Of a stretch of 64,000 nt of DNA, positions 16,801-28,462 are shown piece after piece (the stretch's first letter is position 1; each line of letters opens with the position of its first letter). This stretch comes from the human T2T-CHM13v2.0 reference genome, Homo sapiens, in NCBI RefSeq assembly GCF_009914755.1, contig NC_060940.1; one strand, 5' to 3'. The translations under genes and the position numbers were made by a program. The notes beneath the pieces are model-generated. The model worked only from the letters and a program-made list of their open reading frames with translations. It was not told where the DNA came from and made no database searches.

Positions 16801-17382
16801 TGTCTAGAATGAAAAAGCCCAGTGCTGTCCCTAGACCTGACACAAAAGGCCTCTGGCCTGTGCCCTCAGCTTGAGAGAGTTCTACAAATCACAAACATAT
16901 GCATAAGAATACACTTATGACAGAATACATAGCTGCCTCTATCATGTGGATCTGGTGCTTAGCCCTGGCACAGCATGACCTAGTCTGCTTCTGTGGCTAA
17001 TACAGTTCAGGCCCCAGGGAAATGCTTCTCCACCTCTCCAGTCATGTTTCCTCAAAACAACATGCAGATGGGCCTGAATGCCAGGAAGATCTGAGGGTGC
17101 CCCACTGTTGAAGTCAGAGAAAGACAGTGCTGTGGAGAGCAGGAAGAACTCAGCGATGGAAGCTTTTAGGTAACATAAAAGACAAATTACACACATCTTC
17201 TTCCCAGATAGGAAGAATGTGGTAGGTTTTGGCATAACAAAACATTATTCCCACGAACAAGGAGAACCCCTTCCCTGCTTCTCTTTGTGCTCTCCTGGGT
17301 GACATCAGAGGGACTCACAGGCAGCTTCACCCTTATTCTTCAATGTGTTGTAACTATGAAGGCATTTTTCAAGGTAGAAGTG

Positions 17383-17437
17383 GGGTTGCCAGATTAAGCA
17401 ACTAAAAATTTAGGAAGTCTTTTTAATCTGGCAACCC
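17383..17437. mobile_element. Internally deleted MER53 (only the two termini remain)
   Basis: Perfect 15-bp inverted repeat gggttgccagattaa / ttaatctggcaaccc matching MER53 ends. Confidence 0.7.
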
Positions 17438-17599
17438 AGGGCAGGTAGAACATATTTTATTAAACTGTTTGTTAGCTTGATTGATAACTTAAAAATCTTC
17501 ATACATATGGAGGGTGGGCTTCTATTTATATTCTTTCCTGGGATCCCCACATATTTAGGGATGAGCCTGGGCCCAAGTTTTGTTTGGGAGCTTCACAAC

Positions 17600-18482
17600 T
17601 TAGATGCTATCACTTCCTTTCCTGGCTGTAGGAGTGGATCAAGTGACAATGCTAAACAAACCAGCACAGCCAACCTCCTGGTCCAGAGGATCACACGTGA
17701 ATAAGCTGATCTGATATAAGTGATTCTTTGGACTTTTTCCTGGGAATTAAGGACAAAGTTATTCCTGGTTTTGCTGCTGGCTTTGATTAAAGAACGCATG
17801 GACTAAGGAGGTGCCAGCAGCCGTTTTAAACCACAAGAGGAGCCACTTACAAAGACTCCCTGTGACCCAACTTTAGTCAAGCTCCTCTGAGCTCTCTTTT
17901 CACCTAGGCCTTGACCTTGACCCCTGGCTTGTCTTTGGCCTGCCCAGCCGAGTTTTGGTAAGAATCCTGCTAAATTACTTCCCACCCTTGATATGGCATC
18001 ACACTTGATATCAAGTTTCTCAACCCTCACTTTCCTGCAATTAGCAAGAATCTTGTTAGGCCAGTTTAGCAAGAATCCCCTACCCCTGATGTCTCTCCTC
18101 TTAGTAATTTCCAATCCACTGACACCCTCATCCTGTTCCTTGGCTATAAATCCCCACTTGTCCTTGTTGTACTCAAATTTGAGCCTGATCTCTCCCCACT
18201 ACTGCAATACTCATGAATAAAGTCTTCTTTACTCCTTTAACTAGTTTTGCAATAATTTTTTTTCTTTCCCACCATCCTTAGGATTAAACTGACACCCAAG
18301 AAAGTAGAATAGAAAAAACAGAAACTAAGTTCTTGAAGCTGAGATTGAGCTGGCAAATCAAATCTCATATGCATGAGTCTCAAATATGGACTGTTTGTTA
18401 CAAAGCCAGAAAATGTTTTTATTGATCAAGCAAATTCGAATCATGTATTACGATACTTGCCATTGAAAGATTCTTGACAATG
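17600..18482 (+). mobile_element. Old ERVL-class LTR (LTR33/LTR16/MLT1K-like), split by MER31
   Basis: Ends with gatacttgccattgaaagattcttgac, typical of this class. Subfamily uncertain. Confidence 0.45.
17848..18271 (+). mobile_element. MER31-like ERV1 solo LTR
   Basis: acaaagactccc...aactttagtcaagctcctctgag...agcaagaatcc repeats, then tataaa and aataaa. Confidence 0.8.
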
Positions 18483-18687
18483 GGAATGATTAGGTAAAGA
18501 ATATATACAGAGGACTTATAAACACAGCACCCTGCAGAGTGCAAAGAGGGTTTTACAAAAAGAGAAGCGAGATCCCAAGAAGAGGTCTCACAGGGAGACT
18601 GTTATGCTTACCAAATGAAAAAGCAAGGCAGGTGACCTCTGCTGAGCAACTTCAGCACAAAAGAGCCATGGCTGAGGGAGTGGTGAC

Positions 18688-18906
18688 AGTAATCACTATC
18701 CAATGTGTATTGAGAGCTGATTGTGCATTAGACACTGTTCTAAACATGCTCCATGCATTATCTTACTTATTCTCTCAATAATCCAGTGTGGCAATTATTA
18801 CTATCTTGGCTTCAAAGAGGAGAAGACTGAGATGCAGAAGGGCTAAGTAACTTTCTCAGCATCGCACAGTTAGACAGCAGTGGAGCTGAGATTTGAACCC
18901 AAGTAG
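18688..18906 (-). mobile_element. MIR (MIRb-like)
   Basis: tattgagagctgattgtgcattagacactgttctaaac...gagctgagatttgaacccaag. Confidence 0.85.
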
Positions 18907-19561
18907 AACATAGAGTACAGAGAGGCTTTGGCATTCAAAGCTAAGATGCATTGCACACACCAGCCCTAGAAACAGACAGGTACCAAGGAACCATCCTACT
19001 CTTCTTTAACATAAACACAGCCCGCATACCAGATGCTCCTGCCACAGCTGATTGGACCAGGAAGAACACTTATTTGAAGGGGAACCAATCCACTAGTTGG
19101 TCAGAGCTCTAGGACTTGTATGTTATGATAGCCAAGCCTGTGTCTTATTTAATACACTCTGGAAGCACAGCTCAGCAGCTTTGCTGCAAAAACTGTTGGA
19201 GCCACAGATTTGAAACTAACGAGGCATTTCCATCCCTTATACCTTTGTGTGGCTTCTTCCTCATTCACTGACTTTGGCTCCTCATTGTCACGTTTCCTGA
19301 GGCAGCTGTTACAGAGACTCTTTTCCTGTTCAAACATTGTGAATGGATACACTTAAGTGAAGTAACCACCCCTGAATTATGCAGCCTTGACAGTGACTGG
19401 GGTCTTGTAGGAAATTGGAAGCTCCTCCTTAGAGATGTGAATACATGTAGTGCTACTAGCATATATCACCACAAATGCCCACTACAGATAAAATAAATGC
19501 CTGTAAGTGAGATGGTGAGCAGGTGATTTGGAGATGGACCATCAAAGTATCAATGAGGCAC

Positions 19562-20278
19562 TGAAACTGCCTTTGCAAAGATTATGACATGAGAGAAGTC
19601 GAGCATGGCTGAGTCTATCTTGCTTCTAGCCTCACAGGTTGGCTGTCCTCACTTGTTCCTGGGCATACCATGGGAGAAATTTAGTTTATAGTTTAACTTT
19701 GAAGCAGGGGTGATAACAGTCCCTCCCTAAAACTAACCCCCTCCTTGCTCAGGGACAGAAGTTATCTTTGTAAAACTAAAGAAGGCCATGAGATTAGGAT
19801 TATGGGAGGAGCCTAAATTCTGCTAAAAATATAGGCATAGTTAAATGATAACCAGCCATTAGTCCCTGGTTTGCTTTTCCATAATTCCTTGGGGCTTGGG
19901 GGTCATGTGGCCAGGGTCACGAGGTTTCTGACCTCCCCAGTTGCTCCTATAGATAACATCACTATTGTAGAATCTGAGATTGGTCTTTTGAGGTGTTTTG
20001 CAGACTTTTGTGTTCTCGTAACCAACTCCACCTGGACCTTGACTCATGACTCAACCAGTCTTGTGGTCCCCAACCAGAGGCAGACTCCGCGCAGGAGGAC
20101 CATTTTCCACACCTCTGCAATTTCATCCCCAACCAATCAGCATCCCCCTGCGTGCCAAATTATCCTTAAAAACCCTAGCCTCTGAGCTACTGGGGAGGCT
20201 GATTTGAGTAATAAACTCCTGTTTACTGCTAAGCTAGCTCTGTGTTTATTAAATTCTTTATTTGCTATAATGACTGCT
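19562..20278 (+). mobile_element. LTR8A/LTR8B-like ERV1 solo LTR
   Basis: tgaaactgcctttgcaaagattatgaca...atcttgcttctagcctcacagg...ttaaaaaccctagcctc...gatttgagtaataaactcc. Confidence 0.85.
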
Positions 20279-20569
20279 GGTGTGGAAGTCCAAGGCATGC
20301 CCAAGAAAGCTGATATCTGAAGGTTTATGTACCTGGGTGCATGACTCTGAGTTGGAAGGGATTACTATCCAAAAATAAGACTAGAAAGATAAGACTGCAG
20401 AAAGCTTTCCTTGCTGGGAGAAGTAGTTTGGATTGTATCTTACAAATCACAGGAAGTCATTGAAGCCTTTTGGGCAGAGGTGGGCTAAGAGGAAGAAACT
20501 TTGCTGCCTTACGCTTGTTAGAGAGTGAGTGGTCTATTGGATTCTAGTCAGAAGAACCCAGAAAAAACA

Positions 20570-20780
20570 CTGAAGGAGGAATCTAAGGCCCTGGGCTTAG
20601 AGTTTAGCTCTCCCAGTGTCTCTGGGCAATGTCTGTAATCCTATTTCTTCATTTGTAAATTGCAATTCTAATCTCTGCTCCTCCCACTTCACAAAGTAGT
20701 TTTGAGGGCCAAATGACATGATAGAGTACATGAAAGCACCTAGCCAAATATAAAGCACCATATAAACAGTAATTTGGGTT
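20570..20780 (+). mobile_element. MIR3/MIRc fragment
   Basis: tttcttcatttgtaaattg...gttttgagggccaaatgacatgatag...gaaagcac. Confidence 0.6.
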
Positions 20781-20984
20781 ATTGTGTTATCACATCCAGC
20801 TGGCGCGCCAAACCCATATCTTACTGGTGAAATTCAGCTGTTTTCTTGTCATGAAAAGAAGGACCATTAAGATGATCAGACAGAGAGGGGAGAAAGAAAA
20901 CCAACATTACTTAACTGAGGCTAGAATGCTCTCTTATTGAGAAAGTTACATCATTTTAGACTTCTATGGTAAAGTTTCAATGGT

Positions 20985-21488
20985 TGCTTTATTTATTAGA
21001 CATTTACTGGATACTTCCTATGTGCCTGGGAATAAAAAAGTAACTATAATAAGATTCTTGCTATCAAGGAGCTTAGTGTCCAGTACAAGGAGATTGACAG
21101 GTAATCATATAAGTGCCCTAAAATGCCATAGGGTCAGTGAAAGGTTTTTGCATATGGTGGCCTCAAGTGCAAGCAATAAAATGGTCCATTCTACTTGGTG
21201 CCCAGAGGTGCTTTAGAATAGGAACTTCTACCTAAGCTCCTTTCCCTCCTTCATGCAATCTAAAAAACTCTTATTGAGTGTATAACTTGTGCCTGGCCCT
21301 GCATACTGGAAGTAAAGCAGCCAGTTAGATAGGCAGACAGAGCCCCTGCCTTCAGGGACCTTATATTTCAGAAGGAGAAACAGAAACCTAAGAGCAAACA
21401 GATACATGAAGAACAGGATTTCAGATGGTGACAAGTAAAATAAGGTGATGAATGAGGGAGAAAGATTTAGAGAAATGGGAAAGGCCTT
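20985..21488 (-). mobile_element. L2 fragments
   Basis: catttactggatacttcctatgtgcctgg and ttattgagtgtataacttgtgcctggccctg...gacagagcccctgccttcagggacctt. Confidence 0.6.
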
Positions 21489-21489
21489 T

Positions 21490-22220
21490 AGAGTACCTAC
21501 ATTTACAAAAGCAGAAAGAAACAGGTGGAGTTCATTTTAAGAATATGCTTTATTTCAGCTAATGCAGTTTACCCTTGAACAGTGCAGAGATTAGGGATGC
21601 CAATACCCCACACAATCAAGAATCTGCCTATAACTTTTGACTCTGCCCAAACTTAACTACTGTCCAAAAATGTTAGCATACTGTTGATCAGAAGCCTTAC
21701 TGATAGCAGAGTTGGTTAACACATATTTTGTATGTTATAAATATTATATACCACTGTATCCTTACAACAAAATAAGCTAGAGGAAAGAAAACGTTATTAA
21801 GAAAATCACAAGGAAGAGAAAATATATTTACTATTCATTAAGTGGAAGTAGATCATCATGAAGGTCTTGATCTTCATCATCTTCACGTTGAGCAGGTTGA
21901 GGAGGAGGAGGAGGAGGAAGTGGAGGGTTGGTCTTGCTGTCTCAGGGGTGGCAGAGGCAGAAGAAATTTCACTTATAAGCAGACCTGTGCAGTTCAAACC
22001 CATACTGTTCAAAGGTCAACTTTATATCCAAAATGTTATCACTTCCACATGCAACCAATATAAAAATATTAATGAGACATTTTTTCTTCTTTTTTCATAC
22101 TCAGTCTTTGAAATCCTGTGTGTATCTTGCACCTAGGGCACATCTCAATGTGTCCTTGCCACTGTGCAAGGGCTCAAAAGCCAGGTGTAGCCACTGGCCA
22201 CTGCACCCAACAATGCAGCT
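21490..22220 (+). mobile_element. MER33 (hAT-Charlie) split by Tigger2a
   Basis: aaagaaacaggtggagttcattttaag | tatatccaaaatgttatc...gcacatctcaat...gtagccactggccactgca. Confidence 0.8.
21565..22022 (-). mobile_element. Tigger2a (TcMar-Tigger MITE)
   Basis: TIRs cagtttacccttgaaca / tgttcaaaggtcaact and an internal (GAG)n tract typical of Tigger2a. Confidence 0.9.
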
Positions 22221-23136
22221 CCAGCTTCTCCATTAGACCAGGCAAAGTCTCCTCCTTTCTTTATTGCATGGGTGTCTTGTCTCTATTCTTAAACCCCATA
22301 AAAGGAATTTTTAAATTTAAATGTAATCTACTAATGCCAACATTACCGGCAATGTGCTCTCATTAATTCCTGTAAGGAATATCCCAGAATTGACCTGTTG
22401 GGCATGTTGGAAGGACTGAGTCACAGTGTTGGTAAGCCATCCCTCACCAGGCAGTCCTTGGGGCAGGGACAGGTCAGGATGGGTCCAGCCTTTCAGAATG
22501 GGCACCAGGGAGCCAGCTGTGGGGATGGGCTGGGCTTGCTTTCTCTGTGAAGATCCCTCCTGGGCTGAGACTGGAAAAAAGGAGCTCATTTTTGTCCTGT
22601 AGTGGTTCTCACCCTGGCAAAGAGGAAAATGAAAATGAACACTTTGAAATGCTAATTATTTAATCTCTGCCAATGTTGGCTGCTTCCAGCGGAGCCTCAT
22701 GCTCATTTGTAAAATGAAACCATTTTAGGAAATAATCCAGGTCGGGAACGTGTGGCCCGAAGGAGGGCCGAGGCAGCCTTCCCTGAACCCCTCAGCCTTC
22801 CAGCAGGCTTGCATGTCCTCCCTGTGGGATTAGGCTGCTCTCCTGGCTCCTGCTAAGCATCTCTCATGAAGCCTCTTTAGTTTAGAGAACTTTGCCAGCA
22901 GAATGCCATGGGGGTTGAGAGCTCTGATTTTAAGGGCAGAAAGACCTGACGACTTCTGCACTTCCTTCCTGAGAACCAAGCTGCAGTTTTCATGTCTCTA
23001 GAATTTTCCTCCCTAGATCTGTTTTGACAATCAGGTGACATCATTTATGTGGTGTGTGTGGCACTGCCGGTGTCCAATCTAGTCAGCACTCAGTACATTT
23101 TAGCCATTCTTAGTTTTATTGTCATTGTTAAAGAGG

Positions 23137-23514
23137 GTCTCAGTCAGTTTGAGCTGCTGTAACAGAGTACTATGGTACTCTGGGTGGCTTTCAAACAACA
23201 GATATTTATTCTCACAGTTTTGGAGGCTGGAAGTTTGAGACCAGGGTGCAAGCATGGTCAGCTTCTGGTGAGGGCTTGCTTCCAGGTTGCAGACAGTCAA
23301 CTTCTCCTAGTTTCCACACATAGAGAAAAGAGAGTTAGCAGCTCTCCAGTCTCCTCTTAGAAGGGCACTAATTCCATTCATGTGGGCTCCACCCTTATGA
23401 CCTAATTACCTCTCATGATTTAATTATCCCTCTAATTACCTTTAAATGTGATCACGTTGAGATTAGGGTTTCAACATATGAATGAGGGAGGGGGACAAAC
23501 ATTTAGTTCATTGA
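23137..23514 (-). mobile_element. MLT1A/MLT1A0 LTR
   Basis: tcagtcagtttgagctgctgtaaca...tttattctcacagttttggaggctggaag...gggtttcaacatatgaat. Confidence 0.85.
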
Positions 23515-23645
23515 AGAGGATTGGCAATTGTGTGGTTATTTCTGACACACAATCATTTGTTTTGTTTTTGTTTAGTTTAAATTACTCCTAATTATAGAGA
23601 GAAAGAACTCTCGGACAAAATCTCTTCCTTTGGCCCATATAAGCC

Positions 23646-24030
23646 TGTATTATTCTGCTAGGTCTGCCATAACAAAATACCACATTCTGGGTGAATTAAA
23701 CCACAGAAATTTATTTTCCCATAGTTCTGTGGGCTGGAAGTCCAAGATCAAGCTGTCTGCAGGGTTGATTTCTCCTGAAGCCTCTCTTCTTGGGTTGCAG
23801 ATGGCTGCCTAGAATAGCCTAGTCCCTGTGTGCTCATATTCCTGGTATTTTTCTCCTTTTTCTTATAAGGACGGCAGTCCTACTGGATCAGAGCGCTACC
23901 CTGATGACCTCATTTGACCTTAATTATCTCCTTAAAGGCCCTTTCTCCAAATGCAGTTATATTGGGGATTAGGGCTTCAACACAATGAATTTTGGTGGTG
24001 GTTGTGGGGATACAATTCAGTCACATAACA
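23646..24030 (-). mobile_element. MLT1B solo LTR
   Basis: tgtatt...cataaca termini. Perfect 5-bp TSD AAGCC at 23641-23645 and 24031-24035. Confidence 0.88.
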
Positions 24031-24409
24031 AAGCCTAATCCCAAGTCTCACATAAAAATTCAAAGTATGGGACAATGCTAACAGAGAATTAAAGAATGAC
24101 ATTGCATTCCTCAGTTCTTTGGAATACACACCTGAGATTTCTCCCCAAATCTAATCATGTATATAACAGTGTTTTTCAAACTTCAGGCATTTAACTACCG
24201 TCTTCATGTTTTACCATACTCACAGTCCCCCACACAATAATTTATTTAGTATCTTTCTTGAAATTGACTTTATATTTAACTTAAATATATTTATTTTAAA
24301 AATAAACTTGGATCACTACCCAGAAATGAAAACTTCCTTGCTGTTCATAAATAAAGTGATGATCAACTAAATCAGCGAATAAAAGAAATGACACTGAATT
24401 CTTCCTACT

Positions 24410-24635
24410 GTGTTATTTGACAAACACAAAGCACTCACTAAATGCAGACACTATCTAAGCACTTTATAAACATAATACAGTGTATTCCTCTTCCCTTAAA
24501 AATAATAAGGTCACTCTCCTTTGCTTATTTTATCGAAGAAGAAAGTAAGGCACAGGGATGTTAAATAAGTGCCCAACGTCACACAGCTAGGAATCCAGAC
24601 AGTCTGATTCCACAGCTCTTAACCATTAAATTGTA
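24410..24635 (-). mobile_element. MIR
   Basis: gaagaagaaagtaaggcacagggatgttaaataagtgcccaacgtcacacagctag...agtctgattccacagc. Confidence 0.75.
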
Positions 24636-25179
24636 TTTACTGAAAGGCTAATTTCTACAGATTTCATGGTGAAAACACCTGGAGATTATTCCTCTACATT
24701 CTCAGGATGAAAATTTCAAAGTCACATCAAATAAACTAAAAATAATCTTTGATTCCAAGACCAAATCTGAAGAGTCTGGCTAAGAGCTAGATGCCCTGAG
24801 TTCAGGAAAACCTTTCAACCGAGGCTTTTCTGACTAGGAAGTCCTTGGGGGATCCTTCACCCCAGGTGTCTTTTCCTATCAGGCTACAAGAGACACAAGA
24901 CTGGAAAAGAGAAGCAATTCGGAGGTGGGGGTGGGGAGGCTCATTCATGGCTCTGTCTCTGGGGGCCACGAAAGCATCAATTTACCACATAGCTGAAACA
25001 AAACATGATTGAAGGATCCCTGGCAGAAGTCTCCACCTTGCAAAGCCCATTGAACCAATTACCAGAATCATCTTGAGTGCCTCTCTGACCACACTAGGCT
25101 CCTGGCAGAACTTTCCTTTCAGATAACTAATTTAGCACCAGGTAGCTAATATTGTTCACTTGTGTTGACTTGCACATTC

Positions 25180-25208
25180 TCACACACACACACATACACA
25201 CACACACA
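25180..25208. repeat. (CA)n microsatellite
   Basis: Seen directly. Confidence 0.9.
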
Positions 25209-25328
25209 TAAAATTCATATATTAATTTATCTTTACCACAGTGCTTGAGATTTTATATGTATACATATATGTGTATATATAATATGTATATGTGTGTATA
25301 TACATATATATGTGTGTGTGTATATGTA

Positions 25329-25430
25329 TCAAGCACTCCGGTAAAAATAAATTTACGGTGCCAAAATGAGATTATTTCTGTAATGTATGTCATTTTGGCG
25401 TTGTGAATTTATTTTTACCGGAGTGCTTGA
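25329..25430 (+). repeat. Long inverted repeat / hairpin (41-bp arms, 20-nt loop) embedded in (TA/TG)n
   Basis: tcaagcactccggtaaaaataaatttacggtgccaaaatga (25329-25369) pairs with tcattttggcgttgtgaatttatttttaccggagtgcttga (25390-25430): 37 Watson-Crick pairs plus 4 G.U. Confidence 0.95.
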
Positions 25431-25559
25431 CAGGTTATATACATATACACATATATTATTATATGAGTAATATAAATACAATATAATATATCAAATACTT
25501 TTAGCCCTAACTCTATCCTAGGAGAAACAAGAAGATAGAATTTGATCTTCTTTCTTCTT

Positions 25560-27130
25560 TTAGCTCAGCTAAGTGCCCAAGCCAGGCTGTGGCAAAGGAA
25601 GTCGTCATTTTAAGGTGAAGACAGGTGAGCTCACCCCAGGCCATAGCCCAGCCAGCCCCACATTTGTCCCAGAATCCAGGGTGAGAAAAGCCAGCGATTG
25701 GCCATTCCTAGCGGCTCCCACCTGTTCCCAGTCCTGCCATCCGGCAGGTCAAACTAGCAAGATATGGCGGGCGTTTGACCCCTGAGCCCAGATAACTCTT
25801 TCAAACCCCGTGTTCCACGTTGCCACTCTGTCCCGGAAGGCTGCCTTGGAGGTCTGCCCTGGCATTCAGACGGCCATTTGTCCCCTAGCAGGCCTAGCCA
25901 GTCGCCTGTTGCTGTCAGCGGGGGACTCGGGCCTGGCAGTTTCATGTCTTAAAAGTAGTTTTGTGCAAATGAGCTCCTCCCAGCCCCCCTGGAGCCCCCA
26001 CGGCCCACAGGATTTCCAGGCACCGGAGAAAAGAAGCTGGTTTGATTTAAGCACACAGAGAGTTTGGGAGCTGGGGGTGGGGGGGCGGTGTTTATATTTT
26101 CTGCCTCCATTAGGATGGGTGGCTGAGGGGTAGGGAAGGTGGGGGCCGAGCAGAGAGAAACTTCATTTATATGTTAATAGTTGCCAGCACCCGGGCTAAA
26201 CTGACAGAACTATTTCATGGGAAACTGACAAATTTTGTCAGCCAGGCTGTGCGTCCACATCTCAATGGAGCAATAATCTTGATTAGCAAAACAATTGGGG
26301 GCCTCCGGGTTCTCTCTCAGGTTACACTTGGCCAATGTGAGGAAGGCTGGGCCTTCAAGCTTGAACACATTTTCAAAAGCCGCCGAGTTTAGGCAAATGA
26401 AGGGAACCGTTGGGGTGGGGGCGGGGGGAGGGAGGCAATGGACAAAAGGGGTTAATTTGATTGACCGAATCTTCATAGTCTTATAACAGTCATTTACTTA
26501 GCAAGTAATTCTGCAAGAAACCAGTGGCGCCGACAGGAAATTGGAGTGCAGGATCTGTTTGCCCCAGATGTGTGGGAATTTTAGCTGCCTCCTCCCTCCA
26601 CTTGCCAACCCTGGAAAAAAGATTCGCATCCCCCTTGGGGCCCTAATTACCACATGCAGAATAAGTCACTATCTAAAAATACACACATACACACACACAC
26701 ACGCACACGCACGCTCCACACCCACAGAGTCACTGCAGTTCACTGCCGTTACCTCATCTTGACTCAGGATTGGTCTTCATTTTTATTATTAGTTCATTGT
26801 ATTGCTAATTAAATCTGGAACATGGTGACTTATTCCCCCTTCTAGGATAGGAACTCGGACCGCTTCAAAAGCTCCGGTTGCTTTATTTTCAGTCTGGCCA
26901 ACTGGCCCTGTTTCTGTTTGTAAACATACACTCAGGAAGGGCTGCGGTTCCCCCATCTGCCTGGATACCAGGAGAATCCTTGAGAAGAGGCTGTCCCCAC
27001 TTGGGCGGTGAGTGAGAGGAATACACACAGATTCCACACCTCCCCAGTGGGAAGCTCTTGCCCACTGTTAGACCAATCCTGCTATCATCCATTGCTGAGG
27101 CCTCCTGGAAAAGCAATGGTTCAATGCGAT
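25560..27130. promoter_or_regulatory. Candidate enhancer / conserved non-coding block
   Basis: About 1.5 kb with no recognisable TE. CpG retention and GC are higher than in the flanks. Clustered TAAT, TGACA and ACAAT/ACAAA motifs. Function is inferred. Confidence 0.5.
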
Positions 27131-27144
27131 GTGATGAATTAATT

Positions 27145-27400
27145 TATTTTAAGCTTTTTACCTTGAAATAGTTGTAGGCTTACCAACATGGTACAATGAG
27201 GTCCTGTGTACCCATTACTCAGCTTCCCCTAAAGATGACATCTCAGGTAATTAGTGTGCATTACCAAAACCAGAAAATGTGTCGGCATAGTACAATTAAC
27301 TAGACTACAGGCCTTACACAAATGTCCCTTTTTCTTTTGCATGCACTCATTTGTTTTTCTTTTGCTTATCTTTGTGTATCATTCTATGACTCATTTATTT
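27145..27400 (-). mobile_element. Old L1 (L1MC/L1ME) 3' fragment
   Basis: tcctgtgtacccattactcagcttccc...taccaaaaccagaaaat...ctagactacaggcctta. Confidence 0.65.
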
Positions 27401-27751
27401 TTTAATGTAGTCACTAAACCAGTCCTGGGATTTCAGAGATGGAAATGTCATGGTAATCACTTCATCCTACCCTTCTCTTCAATCCTCCCCCACCCTTCCA
27501 ACAGTCACCTCCCTACCCCGCTCTAATCTTGAGTTCCCACAGGAAAACAAAAAAACAAAAAAACAGAAAAACCCCTTAAGAAATCATCAAGCTACTACTC
27601 ACACACTTCAGACAGGAGACACATTACCTCTTGTGTGAAGCTGACTTTTCTTGTTTGACAGTTCACATGAAGACCCAAATTTTCCCTGTCTCTAGTGGCT
27701 CCTCAATGACTCAAACACTACCATGCAACTCTGAATTAAGTCAGTTGAATA

Positions 27752-27922
27752 CAGTAGTCATCAACCTTGGTTGAACCTTCAAATTACCTGCAGAGTTTCT
27801 GAACACCCCAGTGACAGAGTGAAACCCAGACCACTTCTATCACAATTTCTGCAGGTGGGACCCAGGCCCCAGTATTGTTTCTAAAGCTTCCCAGTTGATC
27901 ACTGTACCCAGTTGAGGACTGC
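27752..27922. mobile_element. MER5A1/MER5B-like hAT-Charlie
   Basis: cagtagtcatcaaccttgg...aaagcttcccagttgat...gttgaggactgct. Confidence 0.7.
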
Positions 27923-27972
27923 TTCATGCCAATCCTTCAAGGAGTTGAAGGTATCCAACATCCCACATAAGT

Positions 27973-28462
<490 letters not shown>

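Noticed and set aside
21842-22136. ORFs with poly-E/poly-R runs
   Set aside because: They come from the (GAG)n tract of Tigger2a.
24167-24400. Possible hAT-Charlie fragment starting cagtgtttttcaaact
   Set aside because: Only one terminus is recognisable, so the family cannot be supported.
25560-26700. CpG-island promoter
   Set aside because: CpG density is raised but appears below that of a typical island, and no first exon or TSS can be identified. Kept only as an enhancer candidate.
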